From positions 15,788 through 79,787 of IMG/VR virus record IMGVR_UViG_3300031760_000032: 64,000 nt of DNA. One strand, written 5' to 3'. How positions within the stretch are numbered: the stretch's first letter is position 1; every line of letters starts with the position of its first letter. A model generated the notes under the pieces. It worked only from the letters and a program-made list of their open reading frames with translations. It was not told the DNA's origin and ran no database searches. Both the position numbers and the translations under genes were made by a program. The DNA comes from a virus (taxonomy: Duplodnaviria; Caudoviricetes). Shown here one piece after another: positions 47,016 through 56,696 of this stretch.

Positions 47016-47525
47016 ATGAGTATGTTTAATGAGAGAGTATTCAATATTCTTCTTGAATCTAGTAAGTGTAAGAGCACTTCTAAAGAAGAGTGTGGTAATG
47101 AGTGTGCTGATTTCCAGGATACTATCGGTAATGGTCATAACTTCTCTGATGTTATTGTACCATCTAATGTAAAGATGAACAAGGATACTATTCCAGTTTG
47201 TAAGGTTTCTAAGAAGGAATGTGGTGCAGAGTGTAAAGAATGCGGTGATAACTGCAATGAATCTGCATACTTTATCGACGGTAGAATGCTTGACATTTAT
47301 ATGGATGACAACGGTATTAATGATGATGCTCAGGCAGTACATGATATCTGTGAGCATTATGGTATTGACGTAGATGATGTTTATGTAGTAGTAGAATGCG
47401 ATGAAGTAAACAAAGGTCTTATTGACCATGCTAAGACATATGTTGACTGTGGTCTGCTTCGTAGATGTCATGACCAGATTCGCAATTGTATCAATGCAGG
47501 TATTAAGGTAGCTAAACGTTCTTAA
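47016..47525 (+). CDS. Cys-rich hypothetical protein
   Basis: KECGAECKECGDNC repeats; AAGGAGG RBS. Confidence 0.7.
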   Translation: MSMFNERVFNILLESSKCKSTSKEECGNECADFQDTIGNGHNFSDVIVPSNVKMNKDTIPVCKVSKKECGAECKECGDNCNESAYFIDGRMLDIYMDDNGINDDAQAVHDICEHYGIDVDDVYVVVECDEVNKGLIDHAKTYVDCGLLRRCHDQIRNCINAGIKVAKRS

Positions 47526-47530
47526 CATAT

Positions 47531-47563
47531 GAGAGAGGGTAGGTTGATTCCTACCCTCTCTTT
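47531..47563 (+). terminator. Intrinsic terminator
   Basis: gagagggtagg/cctaccctctc stem plus T run. Confidence 0.8.
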
Positions 47564-47601
47564 AACTTCCTTATAATATATTATAAATGGAGGTGTTCTA
47601 A

Positions 47602-48045
47602 TTGAGTAGAACATATAGACGTCGTAATAAGAAGAAGAGGAGTTATAGTTATTGTAATTCTAAAAAGAGTACTGCACCTGTTAGTTATAAGGTGTCACAA
47701 GACCTTACTAAAGATAAGTCTCCTGAAGTTAAAAGAGATGCTTCTGGTAATATTATCTATTCTTCTAAATACATAGGTGATGAAAAGTTTGAATATTGGG
47801 TAGAATATAACTCAGATAAACAGCCTATTCATTATCATGACACTAGAGGTGGAGAATGGTGGATTAAGTATAATTCCAAAGGAAATATCTCTAACTTCTG
47901 GGATAATACTGGATATGAAGAAGTGTATAACTACTATAAGAATGATATAGTAATTAGTACAGATTCTTATGGTATTAAAACTAAAAAAGTTATAGACAGA
48001 GAGCGTTGTAACATTACACGTGATGTATTCTTAAATACACCATAA
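47602..48045 (+). CDS. YD-like beta-repeat protein with basic N-terminus
   Basis: RDASGNII, EYNSDKQPI and KYNSKGNI repeats. Confidence 0.55.
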   Translation: MSRTYRRRNKKKRSYSYCNSKKSTAPVSYKVSQDLTKDKSPEVKRDASGNIIYSSKYIGDEKFEYWVEYNSDKQPIHYHDTRGGEWWIKYNSKGNISNFWDNTGYEEVYNYYKNDIVISTDSYGIKTKKVIDRERCNITRDVFLNTP

Positions 48046-48049
48046 GTTA

Positions 48050-48064
48050 TATATTATTTTAGTG
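48050..48064 (+). promoter_or_regulatory. Class A promoter
   Basis: TATATTAT-ttta-GTG followed by the tgtaag/cttaca hairpin. Confidence 0.65.
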
Positions 48065-48098
48065 TAAGCAAGACTTACAAATATATTTTGAAAGGAAG

Positions 48099-48836
48099 AT
48101 GTATATGCCAAACTGGTGTAACAACTTTATCACATTCTGGAGCGATGGAACTCCAGAAGGAAATTGTGCTTTAATAGATTTGCACAATAAAATGGAACAA
48201 GTCGCTAAACTTATGCAACAAATCTGTCCTGAAAACAGAGATTTATGGGAGGTGTATTTAGCTAAATACGGATATGGTGTTGATATTTCATGCTATCAGC
48301 GTGGCTATATCTATTGGATAAGTGATATAGTCGGAAATGGAGAAGAATTTAGCATCGAGTGTGAAGATGCTTGGGCTCCTAATATTCAATTCTGGCAAGC
48401 TTTACTATGTTACTTTTATCAGAATAGAGTATCATTTACATTTCAGGCATCTGAGCCTGGTATGCAAATATATGAAACTAATGACTGGGGTATTCTGCCC
48501 AGATATAATGTCAATATATATGCAGAAGGTGTAGATGAATTATTAAATTTCGATAAACTTTGGAATTGGGATAATCCATTGTTTCCGAGAATTGATAATG
48601 ATTATGTAGATAATGCTCAAGGTGAATGGACAAATTATCCTCATTTTCATGAGAATGGTATTATTAGTATATATGAAGATTATCAATCACCTAATACTGA
48701 TTATAATCCTGGATTATTCTGTGATATTAATACTGTTAGATACGTTAACCTAGAAGTTAGATTTGATACCAGTGTAGAATCTGAACCAATCTATGATAAT
48801 TTTACAACATTTTTAGGAGGTGACTCTAATGAGTAA
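48099..48836 (+). CDS. DUF1281/YubB-like ferredoxin-fold protein
   Basis: MPNWCNN N-terminus, EDAWAP and SEPG motifs. Confidence 0.6.
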   Translation: MYMPNWCNNFITFWSDGTPEGNCALIDLHNKMEQVAKLMQQICPENRDLWEVYLAKYGYGVDISCYQRGYIYWISDIVGNGEEFSIECEDAWAPNIQFWQALLCYFYQNRVSFTFQASEPGMQIYETNDWGILPRYNVNIYAEGVDELLNFDKLWNWDNPLFPRIDNDYVDNAQGEWTNYPHFHENGIISIYEDYQSPNTDYNPGLFCDINTVRYVNLEVRFDTSVESEPIYDNFTTFLGGDSNE

Positions 48837-49368
48837 TCTTAGAGTATCAGGAATCGTGAAAGATTCTATCGTTGATGGTCCTGGACTTAGATATGTAGTC
48901 TTTGTACAGGGTTGTTATCATAATTGTGAGGGTTGTCATAATCCTCAGACACATGACCCTCAGGGTGGTATTAATATGGATACAGATGATATTCTTAAAG
49001 AGTTTATCAGTAATCCTATGTATAATGGTATCACATTCTCAGGCGGTGAGCCTTTCCTTCAGGCTGACGCATTAGCAGATTTAGCTATTGCTATCAATAA
49101 GTATTACAATAGCTCTGTTGAACAAGACGGAAGAGAGTTTAATATTATCTGTTATACAGGCTATACCTATGAACAGATTAAAAAAGGCATTGATGAAGGA
49201 ATCATGTCTTATATGAGACTTCTTTTCAATATTGACTATCTTATTGACGGTAAGTTTGAAAAAGATAAAGCCTCACTTGACTGTAAATGGAGAGGTTCTA
49301 CTAACCAACGTATCATTGATGTAAGAGCATCTTTGAGAAAAGGTAAAGTTGTAGCGTTAGCACTCTAA
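48829..49368 (+). CDS. nrdG: Anaerobic RNR activating enzyme (radical SAM)
   Basis: DGPGLRYVVFVQGC.HNC.GCHNP, TFSGGEP and WRGSTNQR motifs. Confidence 0.95.
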   Translation: MSNLRVSGIVKDSIVDGPGLRYVVFVQGCYHNCEGCHNPQTHDPQGGINMDTDDILKEFISNPMYNGITFSGGEPFLQADALADLAIAINKYYNSSVEQDGREFNIICYTGYTYEQIKKGIDEGIMSYMRLLFNIDYLIDGKFEKDKASLDCKWRGSTNQRIIDVRASLRKGKVVALAL

Positions 49369-49376
49369 TATGAAAA

Positions 49377-49410
49377 AAAGAAACAGGACTCTCGTGTCCT
49401 GTTTCTTTTT
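49377..49410 (+). terminator. Intrinsic terminator
   Basis: aagaaacaggac/gtcctgtttctt stem plus T run. Confidence 0.85.
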
Positions 49411-49451
49411 AGTGTTTAACTTTATTATAATATGTAAAGGAGGTAGTTGGT

Positions 49452-50717
49452 ATGGCTACAAATATTGTTAAAGAAGATAATCTACTCAAAGTTAAACATC
49501 ATACTACTACATTAGTGTATGATGAAACAAGAAAAGATGACTTATTATCTAAAACAGATTTAGACCTTATAGTAGTATTTAAAGATAAAGACGGAGAATA
49601 TCCTACAGGTAAGATTGTAGTAAGTAATGAATTTGTTACTAAGTACAACTATAAGTATGTAACAGATGATATTGGTAATGTATTATCTTGTACTATTACT
49701 AAGACTGTATCTAAGAATGGTCAATCTACTGATATTGAAAAGACAAGTACTACATCTTTCTATGATGCTAATGGTAGAGTAGTAAAGAAAGAATACTATA
49801 CTCGTGACGGTATTATGTATAATCGTGAACAATTCTGGTATTGGGAAACTGGTAAACTTAAGACAAAGAAAGTTAAGTCTACTCATGTAATCGAAACTAC
49901 AGAATATAATCATGATGGTAATGTAGTCCTTGTATGGGCTAAGACAATTGCAAGTAAATGTATTTCTAGAAAGTATTCTGCTACTTATAATGAAAAAGGT
50001 GAGATTGTTCATTATGTAGAACACAGTAAAGGATATGAGTGTTTTATAGAAAGAGACCTTGACCATGATGGTAATCTCTTATCTATTACTGAAATCTTTA
50101 AGCATCTTAGTGATAGAAAGATATTTGCTAAGACTACAAAAGTCTATGACCCTAATGCTGGATATAAGCTTTCTAGAGTTATCAAGAATGGTTTTGTTGT
50201 AGACCAGTATTGGTATGACTTAGAAGGACAAGTAATTAAGAACGTTAAGAGTGAAAAAGATAATGATATAATCACTACAATCATTGAAAGAAGTACTGAT
50301 ACTGAGACTGGTGAAAAGACAATCGAAAAACATATCTACTTTGTAAATAAGTGTGGTAAACAACACAGTAAGTATATTAAAGAAGTATATGATGAGAACA
50401 ATAATCTTCTTACATTTGCAGAAGATAATTCTAAGGTTACTACATATACTTATAATGAAGATGGTAAACGTGAATCTGCGATTACCAAACAGCTTATTGA
50501 TGAGGAGTTTGTAGTAATTGATAAAATTACTTATACCTATTCTACAGAAGAAACTGGTGAAGAAAAGAAGACTCGTGTAGAAGAGCGTTATGATGCTAAG
50601 GGAAATATTACTTATAAACAGACTCATACAGAATCTATTACAGATATTAAGAAAGAGTATACTGTAGAGAATAGAATGTATGAAGTTCCTGAAGCTGATG
50701 ATAGTACAAATCCATAA
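49452..50717 (+). CDS. YD/RHS-like beta-repeat protein
   Basis: Repeated YD/NxxGxxx turns (YDANGRV, YNHDGNV, YNEKGEI, YNEDGKR, YDAKGNI). Confidence 0.6.
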   Translation: MATNIVKEDNLLKVKHHTTTLVYDETRKDDLLSKTDLDLIVVFKDKDGEYPTGKIVVSNEFVTKYNYKYVTDDIGNVLSCTITKTVSKNGQSTDIEKTSTTSFYDANGRVVKKEYYTRDGIMYNREQFWYWETGKLKTKKVKSTHVIETTEYNHDGNVVLVWAKTIASKCISRKYSATYNEKGEIVHYVEHSKGYECFIERDLDHDGNLLSITEIFKHLSDRKIFAKTTKVYDPNAGYKLSRVIKNGFVVDQYWYDLEGQVIKNVKSEKDNDIITTIIERSTDTETGEKTIEKHIYFVNKCGKQHSKYIKEVYDENNNLLTFAEDNSKVTTYTYNEDGKRESAITKQLIDEEFVVIDKITYTYSTEETGEEKKTRVEERYDAKGNITYKQTHTESITDIKKEYTVENRMYEVPEADDSTNP

Positions 50718-50721
50718 AAAT

Positions 50722-50753
50722 AACGGGGTGTATAATACACCCCGTTTATTTCT
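50722..50753. terminator. Bidirectional terminator
   Basis: aacggggtgta/tacaccccgtt stem. Confidence 0.85.
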
Positions 50754-50757
50754 TGTT

Positions 50758-51444
50758 TTAAAACATAAGTCCGAATTGACGTTGACATAGCTTAGCATTA
50801 TAGTATGTGTATACAACTCCCATAAATGCTCTATAACAGTTCTCAATGAATTCGTATTCATCTGGATTACTGAATGTCAATGGAAACTCTCTGAAGTTTG
50901 GTTCTTCTTTATCAAACTGAAGAATTAAACAACCTTCAAGATTGATATTCTTTTTTATATAGATTAGATATCTATATGCGGCTAACTGCATAAAGTATTT
51001 ATAACCTACATGATTAGATGTCTTAAAGTCTACCATATACGGTTTGTCGTCAATGCTAATGAGTAAATCATATGTTCCTGCAAAGAACTCACCTACCATA
51101 GGTTCTTCTTGACCTAGGATTCTTATTCTATGACAATTATTAATACCTTCCCACCATTTCTTAAATGCTTCTAAGCATACGTTAGGATGTTCTACTTTCT
51201 TTCCCTTTAGATACTTCTCAATAGATTCATGCACCATAGTACCAAACTCAGCAGCTTTCATAGCAACTTCTCTATTATCTAATCCTTGTCTACCAATTCT
51301 ATTAGCCCACCCAATAAGACCTTCTGTATCAATAAAAGATAATAGTTCTGTTACACTTGGAACACCTCTACCATTGTATGTATATCTTGCTTTTCTCTTA
51401 TTAAAGACTGTTAAATCGTTAAGCAATAATTCTGGGTCTAACAT
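50758..51444 (-). CDS. PD-(D/E)XK (RecB/Cas4-like) exonuclease
   Basis: PSVTELL, GTMVHESIE, AGTYDL, VDFKTS and QLAAY motifs. Confidence 0.85.
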   Translation of the reverse strand: MLDPELLLNDLTVFNKRKARYTYNGRGVPSVTELLSFIDTEGLIGWANRIGRQGLDNREVAMKAAEFGTMVHESIEKYLKGKKVEHPNVCLEAFKKWWEGINNCHRIRILGQEEPMVGEFFAGTYDLLISIDDKPYMVDFKTSNHVGYKYFMQLAAYRYLIYIKKNINLEGCLILQFDKEEPNFREFPLTFSNPDEYEFIENCYRAFMGVVYTYYNAKLCQRQFGLMF

Positions 51445-51494
51445 AGTAAGAATCTACTCCCTTCATTACAATAATTTAATAGTAAGTTGAATCA

Positions 51495-51509
51495 TATATT
51501 ATTTATGTA
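51495..51509 (+). promoter_or_regulatory. Class A promoter variant
   Basis: TATATTAT-ttat-GTA followed by the gagag/ctctc hairpin. Confidence 0.5.
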
Positions 51510-53237
51510 ATGGAGAGACTTACTCTCAATCTAAATATGAAAGAAGGAATCGATGTGGAAATGAATGACCCTCGTATGGAAAATCTTCGTAGGGCAGCTG
51601 GAGTCACTAGACAGCAAAGTCAAGCGATTATGAATCAGCTTAACTCTATGAATGATGAAGAGGTCAATTTGTTATTAAGCGAAAATGAAGAACTGAGAGA
51701 TTTTATCTCAGTAGATGCAGACAAGGATAATAGTGGCATCGTTGTCAATTATGCAAATCAGCCACAAAACGAAAACAATCAGATTACATTCCAAGCACCA
51801 TGGGAAGGTAATCTATCTGTAGGAGGAGGAACAACATCTCCTCAAACAATGAATCTGTTCCAGTCAAATGGTTTGTTTGGAAACATTTGGAACTGGGGAC
51901 AAACAGATAAAAGAGTCCAGGTATATAATCAGCATCCTGGAATGAGACTGTATAATATCAATCCTTATCAGTTCTTAGATGAGAATGATTTGATTGATTA
52001 TTATAATGCACTTGAACAGCAAAGAGAAAAGAATGAGAACCTCAACTATGTCTTCTGTAGACTTGGAGCTAGATTAGATGGTTCTGATGAAGCCTTTGAA
52101 TGGGCAGAGCAGTTCAAGTTTAAGCCTGCTGATGATATTGTTAAGGAGCAGTATGAATCAAGACAGAGAGCAGAAGAAGAAAGAAGAAAAGAACTCTATG
52201 GAGAAGATGGTACTAGAACAGTATATAATGTTTATGATGCTAACGGCTATCGTCTTCAGAGAGCTTGTGGTTTCAAACTTGTAAATCTTGAAACAGGTGA
52301 AGTTGTAAAGGAGGTTAAATATCGTAAGGACGAAAACGGTCAGTCTTACGAGATTCATTCTATGACAGAAGACCGTAAACTTGCATATGAAATTCAACAG
52401 ATTCATGCAGCATTCTATCAGGATGCAAGATTTAAAGAAGTATTTAGAAGACTCTTTAATCAGGACTATTTTGGTAATATTGCTAAGTGGGAGGGTTGGA
52501 AACAAGCAGGTCTTACCAAAGCTGAAATGTATACTCTGTATGAAGACGAAAGAGTAGACTGGAAAAAGCATGAGAAGCTTATTAATAGAGCTCTCATGGC
52601 AGCATCATATTCTAGAGAGAAGTTTAATGATATCCTCAGAAAGTGTTGTCATTGTGAGTTGGACTATGCTAATAAGTCCAGCTTCTTTAGTCTGTCTTAT
52701 GACTTCGAGAGAGATTTACATTATAAGAGACTCACATCTACACCTGAAGAAATGCAGAATGACCCAATGGTACATTCTAAACTTCAGCAGGAATATGAAA
52801 TCAAGCGTAAGTTGTTCATGGATAAAGTGAACAGTGGTAATTTGGGATGTAATATGATGATGGATGCAAACTATCATCCTACTTTCCCGAAGCCAAATAT
52901 CGAGAGTCTTACACTTGAAGATTTTAACAAGCCTGAGAATCAAATAATGTATACTCAGATTGTCACACCTGAAATAGCAACTCCGAATATGTTCATTCCA
53001 GATAACAAAACTAATGATAAGCCATTGTCAAGAGAGGAGATACTTGCAATGAATGGCGTTAAACTGGATGAAAACGGACAAGTTATACCACAACAAAGAA
53101 CCATTGGTTATATGACTGTAGATGATGATACAGGTCAGATTATATCTCAGCAAGAGTTTGATGTAGCAGTTGGTAATCAAGGTAACACAGCAAGTAATGA
53201 CATGACAGACGAAGAACTAATCAATGCTGGTTTCTAA
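51510..53237 (+). CDS. Hypothetical protein; true start probably 45-55 nt downstream
   Basis: Long ORF; shares KLVNLETGEV with the next gene. Confidence 0.8.
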   Translation: MERLTLNLNMKEGIDVEMNDPRMENLRRAAGVTRQQSQAIMNQLNSMNDEEVNLLLSENEELRDFISVDADKDNSGIVVNYANQPQNENNQITFQAPWEGNLSVGGGTTSPQTMNLFQSNGLFGNIWNWGQTDKRVQVYNQHPGMRLYNINPYQFLDENDLIDYYNALEQQREKNENLNYVFCRLGARLDGSDEAFEWAEQFKFKPADDIVKEQYESRQRAEEERRKELYGEDGTRTVYNVYDANGYRLQRACGFKLVNLETGEVVKEVKYRKDENGQSYEIHSMTEDRKLAYEIQQIHAAFYQDARFKEVFRRLFNQDYFGNIAKWEGWKQAGLTKAEMYTLYEDERVDWKKHEKLINRALMAASYSREKFNDILRKCCHCELDYANKSSFFSLSYDFERDLHYKRLTSTPEEMQNDPMVHSKLQQEYEIKRKLFMDKVNSGNLGCNMMMDANYHPTFPKPNIESLTLEDFNKPENQIMYTQIVTPEIATPNMFIPDNKTNDKPLSREEILAMNGVKLDENGQVIPQQRTIGYMTVDDDTGQIISQQEFDVAVGNQGNTASNDMTDEELINAGF

Positions 53238-53249
53238 GGTGGTGTAATA

Positions 53250-55538
53250 ATGAAAATAAATCCTAATCTTGTAGATATATATAAGAAAGATACAATTAAG
53301 ATTTCAAAACTCCAAGAGGAGTATATTAAGTGGTATGATAGTCTACAGACTAGATATCCACTGTCTTATTATCTAACTAATCAAGATATAGCTTATCTTT
53401 ACAGATGCGCAATGTCACCAGCATTGAACTGTAATGTTAAAGAAAAGTATAGTCTTATTAGTGAATTAATGAGAAATAGAGGCTTTGAGTTAATCGGTGG
53501 TGGTACTAACCGAAGAGCTTATAGATGTACATTCGAAGATTTGGTTATTAAGATTGCTACAGACCAAGTAGGTTTCACAAGTAATCTAAGAGAGTATCCA
53601 AATCAGAATGTAATCAAGCCTTTCTGTACTAAAATCTTTGGTACAGATTATAACGGTGTAGTATCAATGTCAGAGCAGTTCATTCCGTTTAAAACTGTAG
53701 AAGAGTTTCAGAAGTATAGTCAAGATATATTTGATATCTTGTATTTCAAACTCAGAAACAATGATATCGGTATGGAAGATGTTGGTACTCGTTCGTTCAA
53801 AAATTGGGGACTTCGTAACGGGTTTGGACCTGGAATGTTAGATTTCCCAACTATGTATGTATTAGACCCTACTAAGAAATTCTGTCGTAATATCGTCAAT
53901 GGTCAGATGTGCGGTGGTACGTTAGATTATGATGAGGGTTTTAACGTAATTGTTTGTAGCGAGTGTGGTAGAACACATTTCGTTAGAACACTTGCAAAGA
54001 AAGATGGAGAAGATATCTCTAAATTACTACAAGCCGTAGGTTATCAGCAAAGAAAAAACGAAAAGGAGTCATTTAATATGAAAATTAAACTTGTAAATCT
54101 TGAAACTGGCGAAGTTGAGTCTGTTAGAGAAGTAGGCGGAAAGTCTAACTTCGTAGACCCTAATAGAAGAAAGAGACCTAAGCAGGTCATTAATCTTAAT
54201 GAACCTCAGACTGACAATACAAAGAAGAAAAAGGAAATCAAGTTCAAGGATGTAGTTATAGGTACTCTTAATCCTGAAACTGGTGAAATCGAGGATGGAA
54301 CTACTCCTAAGGTTAAGCCTGAATTCATTTTCGATAAGCTTGAAATGACAACTGAGAAGAAGCCTTATGAAAGTAGCTACTTCATTACAGAGGATGAGAT
54401 TGAGGAGCTTGTTGATAATGATAAGAAGCACTCTGTAGAAGAGGTTATCAATACGTTTGATAAACTCATTGTCGATACTACTATGAATTATGAAGGTAAT
54501 GACGACCCTCATAATGTCATGAACATTATTGATGTCATCAACAATAATATCAATGGTACTGTTTATATTCCTAGAGAGAAAGCAGAAAGTATGTTTAAAG
54601 AACTGTCTGTAGCAACTCTTGGTCTTAATTATGAGCATACCTCTATAAGCGATGATACAATCAAGTTTTCTAATAATACCATGATTGCACGTCTTGTGAA
54701 GAGAATTATTAGAAATCCAGAAGATAACTTTACAGCATTTTATCATCTCATTAATACTATAAAGAATTCTGCTGCGTTCTTTGAGAGCGTAATAGGATTC
54801 TTCAAGACAGTATTAGAGCATTTTAGTTATGATATTGAGGAGAAGGTCGGTGGAGAAGATTATCATTATATGTATAAAGATGTCTTTGATATTGCTAGAA
54901 AGGCAATCGCATATGTATTTGATGATTTCCTCTATAATATCATGCTTAATGGCATTTCTAATTCGTTCAGTGGTCAGCTTGTTTATAACAGAAACAATGC
55001 TTTCGTTAAGCTTAGAGATTGTCTGAAGGAAATGTCTGAAGCATTTAATAATGCTGATAAGGCTTCTGAATCTACAGATAGGACTACATCTATCCAGCTT
55101 TATAGACGTAATGATTACGCAGAGCTTTATTGTTTTACAACAGAGGATGATGATAATGATAACGAAATTGAACTGGATACATCAGATGATGTTGAAGAGA
55201 GTACGACTGACTCTAGCGAAGATATTGAAGATATCTCCGAAGAAGTATCAACTGAAGATAACGAAACAGATGAAGAAGCTGAAACAGAAGGAAAAACAGC
55301 TAGCGAAGAAGAGATTCCAAACGTGGCAGAGAAGGAAGAAACTGAAGAGAAGATTTCTGAGAAGGATGCAGATGGAACAGTGGAAAACAGTGTGGATAAT
55401 GTATCTAGTTCTGAGTCTTCTGATGACACTTCTTACTCAAATAATGAACCTGCTATTATGATTGACAGCTATAACAAGATGTCAAGAAAACAGAAAAAGA
55501 AGTTTGGAAAGGGTAACAGCAAAAAGAAGCATAAGTAA
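53250..55538 (+). CDS. Protein-kinase-like domain plus zinc ribbon and long acidic C-terminal region
   Basis: LIGGGTNRRAY glycine loop, VIK lysine, NLRE, D...KNWG catalytic loop, LDF; then C..CGG...CSECG. Confidence 0.7.
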   Translation: MKINPNLVDIYKKDTIKISKLQEEYIKWYDSLQTRYPLSYYLTNQDIAYLYRCAMSPALNCNVKEKYSLISELMRNRGFELIGGGTNRRAYRCTFEDLVIKIATDQVGFTSNLREYPNQNVIKPFCTKIFGTDYNGVVSMSEQFIPFKTVEEFQKYSQDIFDILYFKLRNNDIGMEDVGTRSFKNWGLRNGFGPGMLDFPTMYVLDPTKKFCRNIVNGQMCGGTLDYDEGFNVIVCSECGRTHFVRTLAKKDGEDISKLLQAVGYQQRKNEKESFNMKIKLVNLETGEVESVREVGGKSNFVDPNRRKRPKQVINLNEPQTDNTKKKKEIKFKDVVIGTLNPETGEIEDGTTPKVKPEFIFDKLEMTTEKKPYESSYFITEDEIEELVDNDKKHSVEEVINTFDKLIVDTTMNYEGNDDPHNVMNIIDVINNNINGTVYIPREKAESMFKELSVATLGLNYEHTSISDDTIKFSNNTMIARLVKRIIRNPEDNFTAFYHLINTIKNSAAFFESVIGFFKTVLEHFSYDIEEKVGGEDYHYMYKDVFDIARKAIAYVFDDFLYNIMLNGISNSFSGQLVYNRNNAFVKLRDCLKEMSEAFNNADKASESTDRTTSIQLYRRNDYAELYCFTTEDDDNDNEIELDTSDDVEESTTDSSEDIEDISEEVSTEDNETDEEAETEGKTASEEEIPNVAEKEETEEKISEKDADGTVENSVDNVSSSESSDDTSYSNNEPAIMIDSYNKMSRKQKKKFGKGNSKKKHK

Positions 55539-55613
55539 TCCTAATCGTGTAAGTTGAGGTGAGTTTTACACTTACCTCAACTTATCAATAATAATATAAA
55601 AGGAGGAATTTCC

Positions 55614-56180
55614 ATGATTGGAAATATTTCAATTGCCACAAATTTCAATGAATTAAATTTCATCATTCAAACAAGACTGAATACAAAAGTGCGTTCATAT
55701 ATGAGTAATGGTATAGAAGCACCTAAGTGTAAAGTTATTGTTATAGATGATTATTGTCCTAAAGATGACGATAATTATATGTGTGCTTCTCTCTTGCTTC
55801 CCGATGGTAAGTCTATGGAATGTCTAATCAATGATGACTATGCTCAGTTTGAATATTTTTATAATATGAAACTAATGAATGACCAAGATGTTAAAGAGTA
55901 TCTTGTTGTTATTATTGCTGGATTGATGGAGAGAGGTTATGACTTCATCTTTTATTTTGATTTCCAGAATAATACAATCATGCAACCTATTGCACAGTAT
56001 TTAATAAACTTCTTGAATATGAATCTTGGACTGTTGTTTTATGACGCAGCTTGCATTCAACAAAATCCTCAGGCATTGTTTTATCAATCTATGAGACCAG
56101 AAGCTATGTATGCTAACAAAAAGGCTATCGATGCTTATGGTTATTCAAATAAAAAACCATCTTTGTTTCAGCAATTTTAA
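55614..56180 (+). CDS. Hypothetical protein, paralog of the next gene
   Basis: RBS; shared pattern with 56192-56680. Confidence 0.7.
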   Translation: MIGNISIATNFNELNFIIQTRLNTKVRSYMSNGIEAPKCKVIVIDDYCPKDDDNYMCASLLLPDGKSMECLINDDYAQFEYFYNMKLMNDQDVKEYLVVIIAGLMERGYDFIFYFDFQNNTIMQPIAQYLINFLNMNLGLLFYDAACIQQNPQALFYQSMRPEAMYANKKAIDAYGYSNKKPSLFQQF

Positions 56181-56191
56181 GAGGTGATTTT

Positions 56192-56680
56192 ATGATAATC
56201 TTTGGTAGTCCAGATGCACTCAAATATTGTAAGAGTAGAATAGTTTTAAATTCTATAGTAAACTTCAACACGATGTTTGAGGGTGTTCCTCAACTCATGT
56301 ATCTAAACCCTTACCGTAATAATCAATATTACGGTAATACCAACTGTTATGAATTCGACATGTGGTATGTAAACTATCTTGCTTCAACACCAGAAGCATT
56401 TAGAGAGTTTATCAATCTTATGAGAGAAGCTTATAATGGTAAGAATATTTGGATATTAGTAGACTTTTCTACTGAGACTGCATCGAATGTAGTTGAGACA
56501 TTGATTAAGTATATTATGGAAACTTATGGATATGCTTGTAATGTTGCTCATACTCCAGACGATACAGAAGACTTTGTAGAAGGACAGTTCTCACCAATGG
56601 GTATTCAAATGTTTGACACTCATATGGAAAACTACCTTCAATACTTTGGAGGTAGAGGACTTGAATCTGACCCAGAATAA
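56192..56680 (+). CDS. Hypothetical protein
   Basis: GAGGTG RBS. Confidence 0.7.
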   Translation: MIIFGSPDALKYCKSRIVLNSIVNFNTMFEGVPQLMYLNPYRNNQYYGNTNCYEFDMWYVNYLASTPEAFREFINLMREAYNGKNIWILVDFSTETASNVVETLIKYIMETYGYACNVAHTPDDTEDFVEGQFSPMGIQMFDTHMENYLQYFGGRGLESDPE

Positions 56681-56696
56681 AATAGAGGTGATTATA

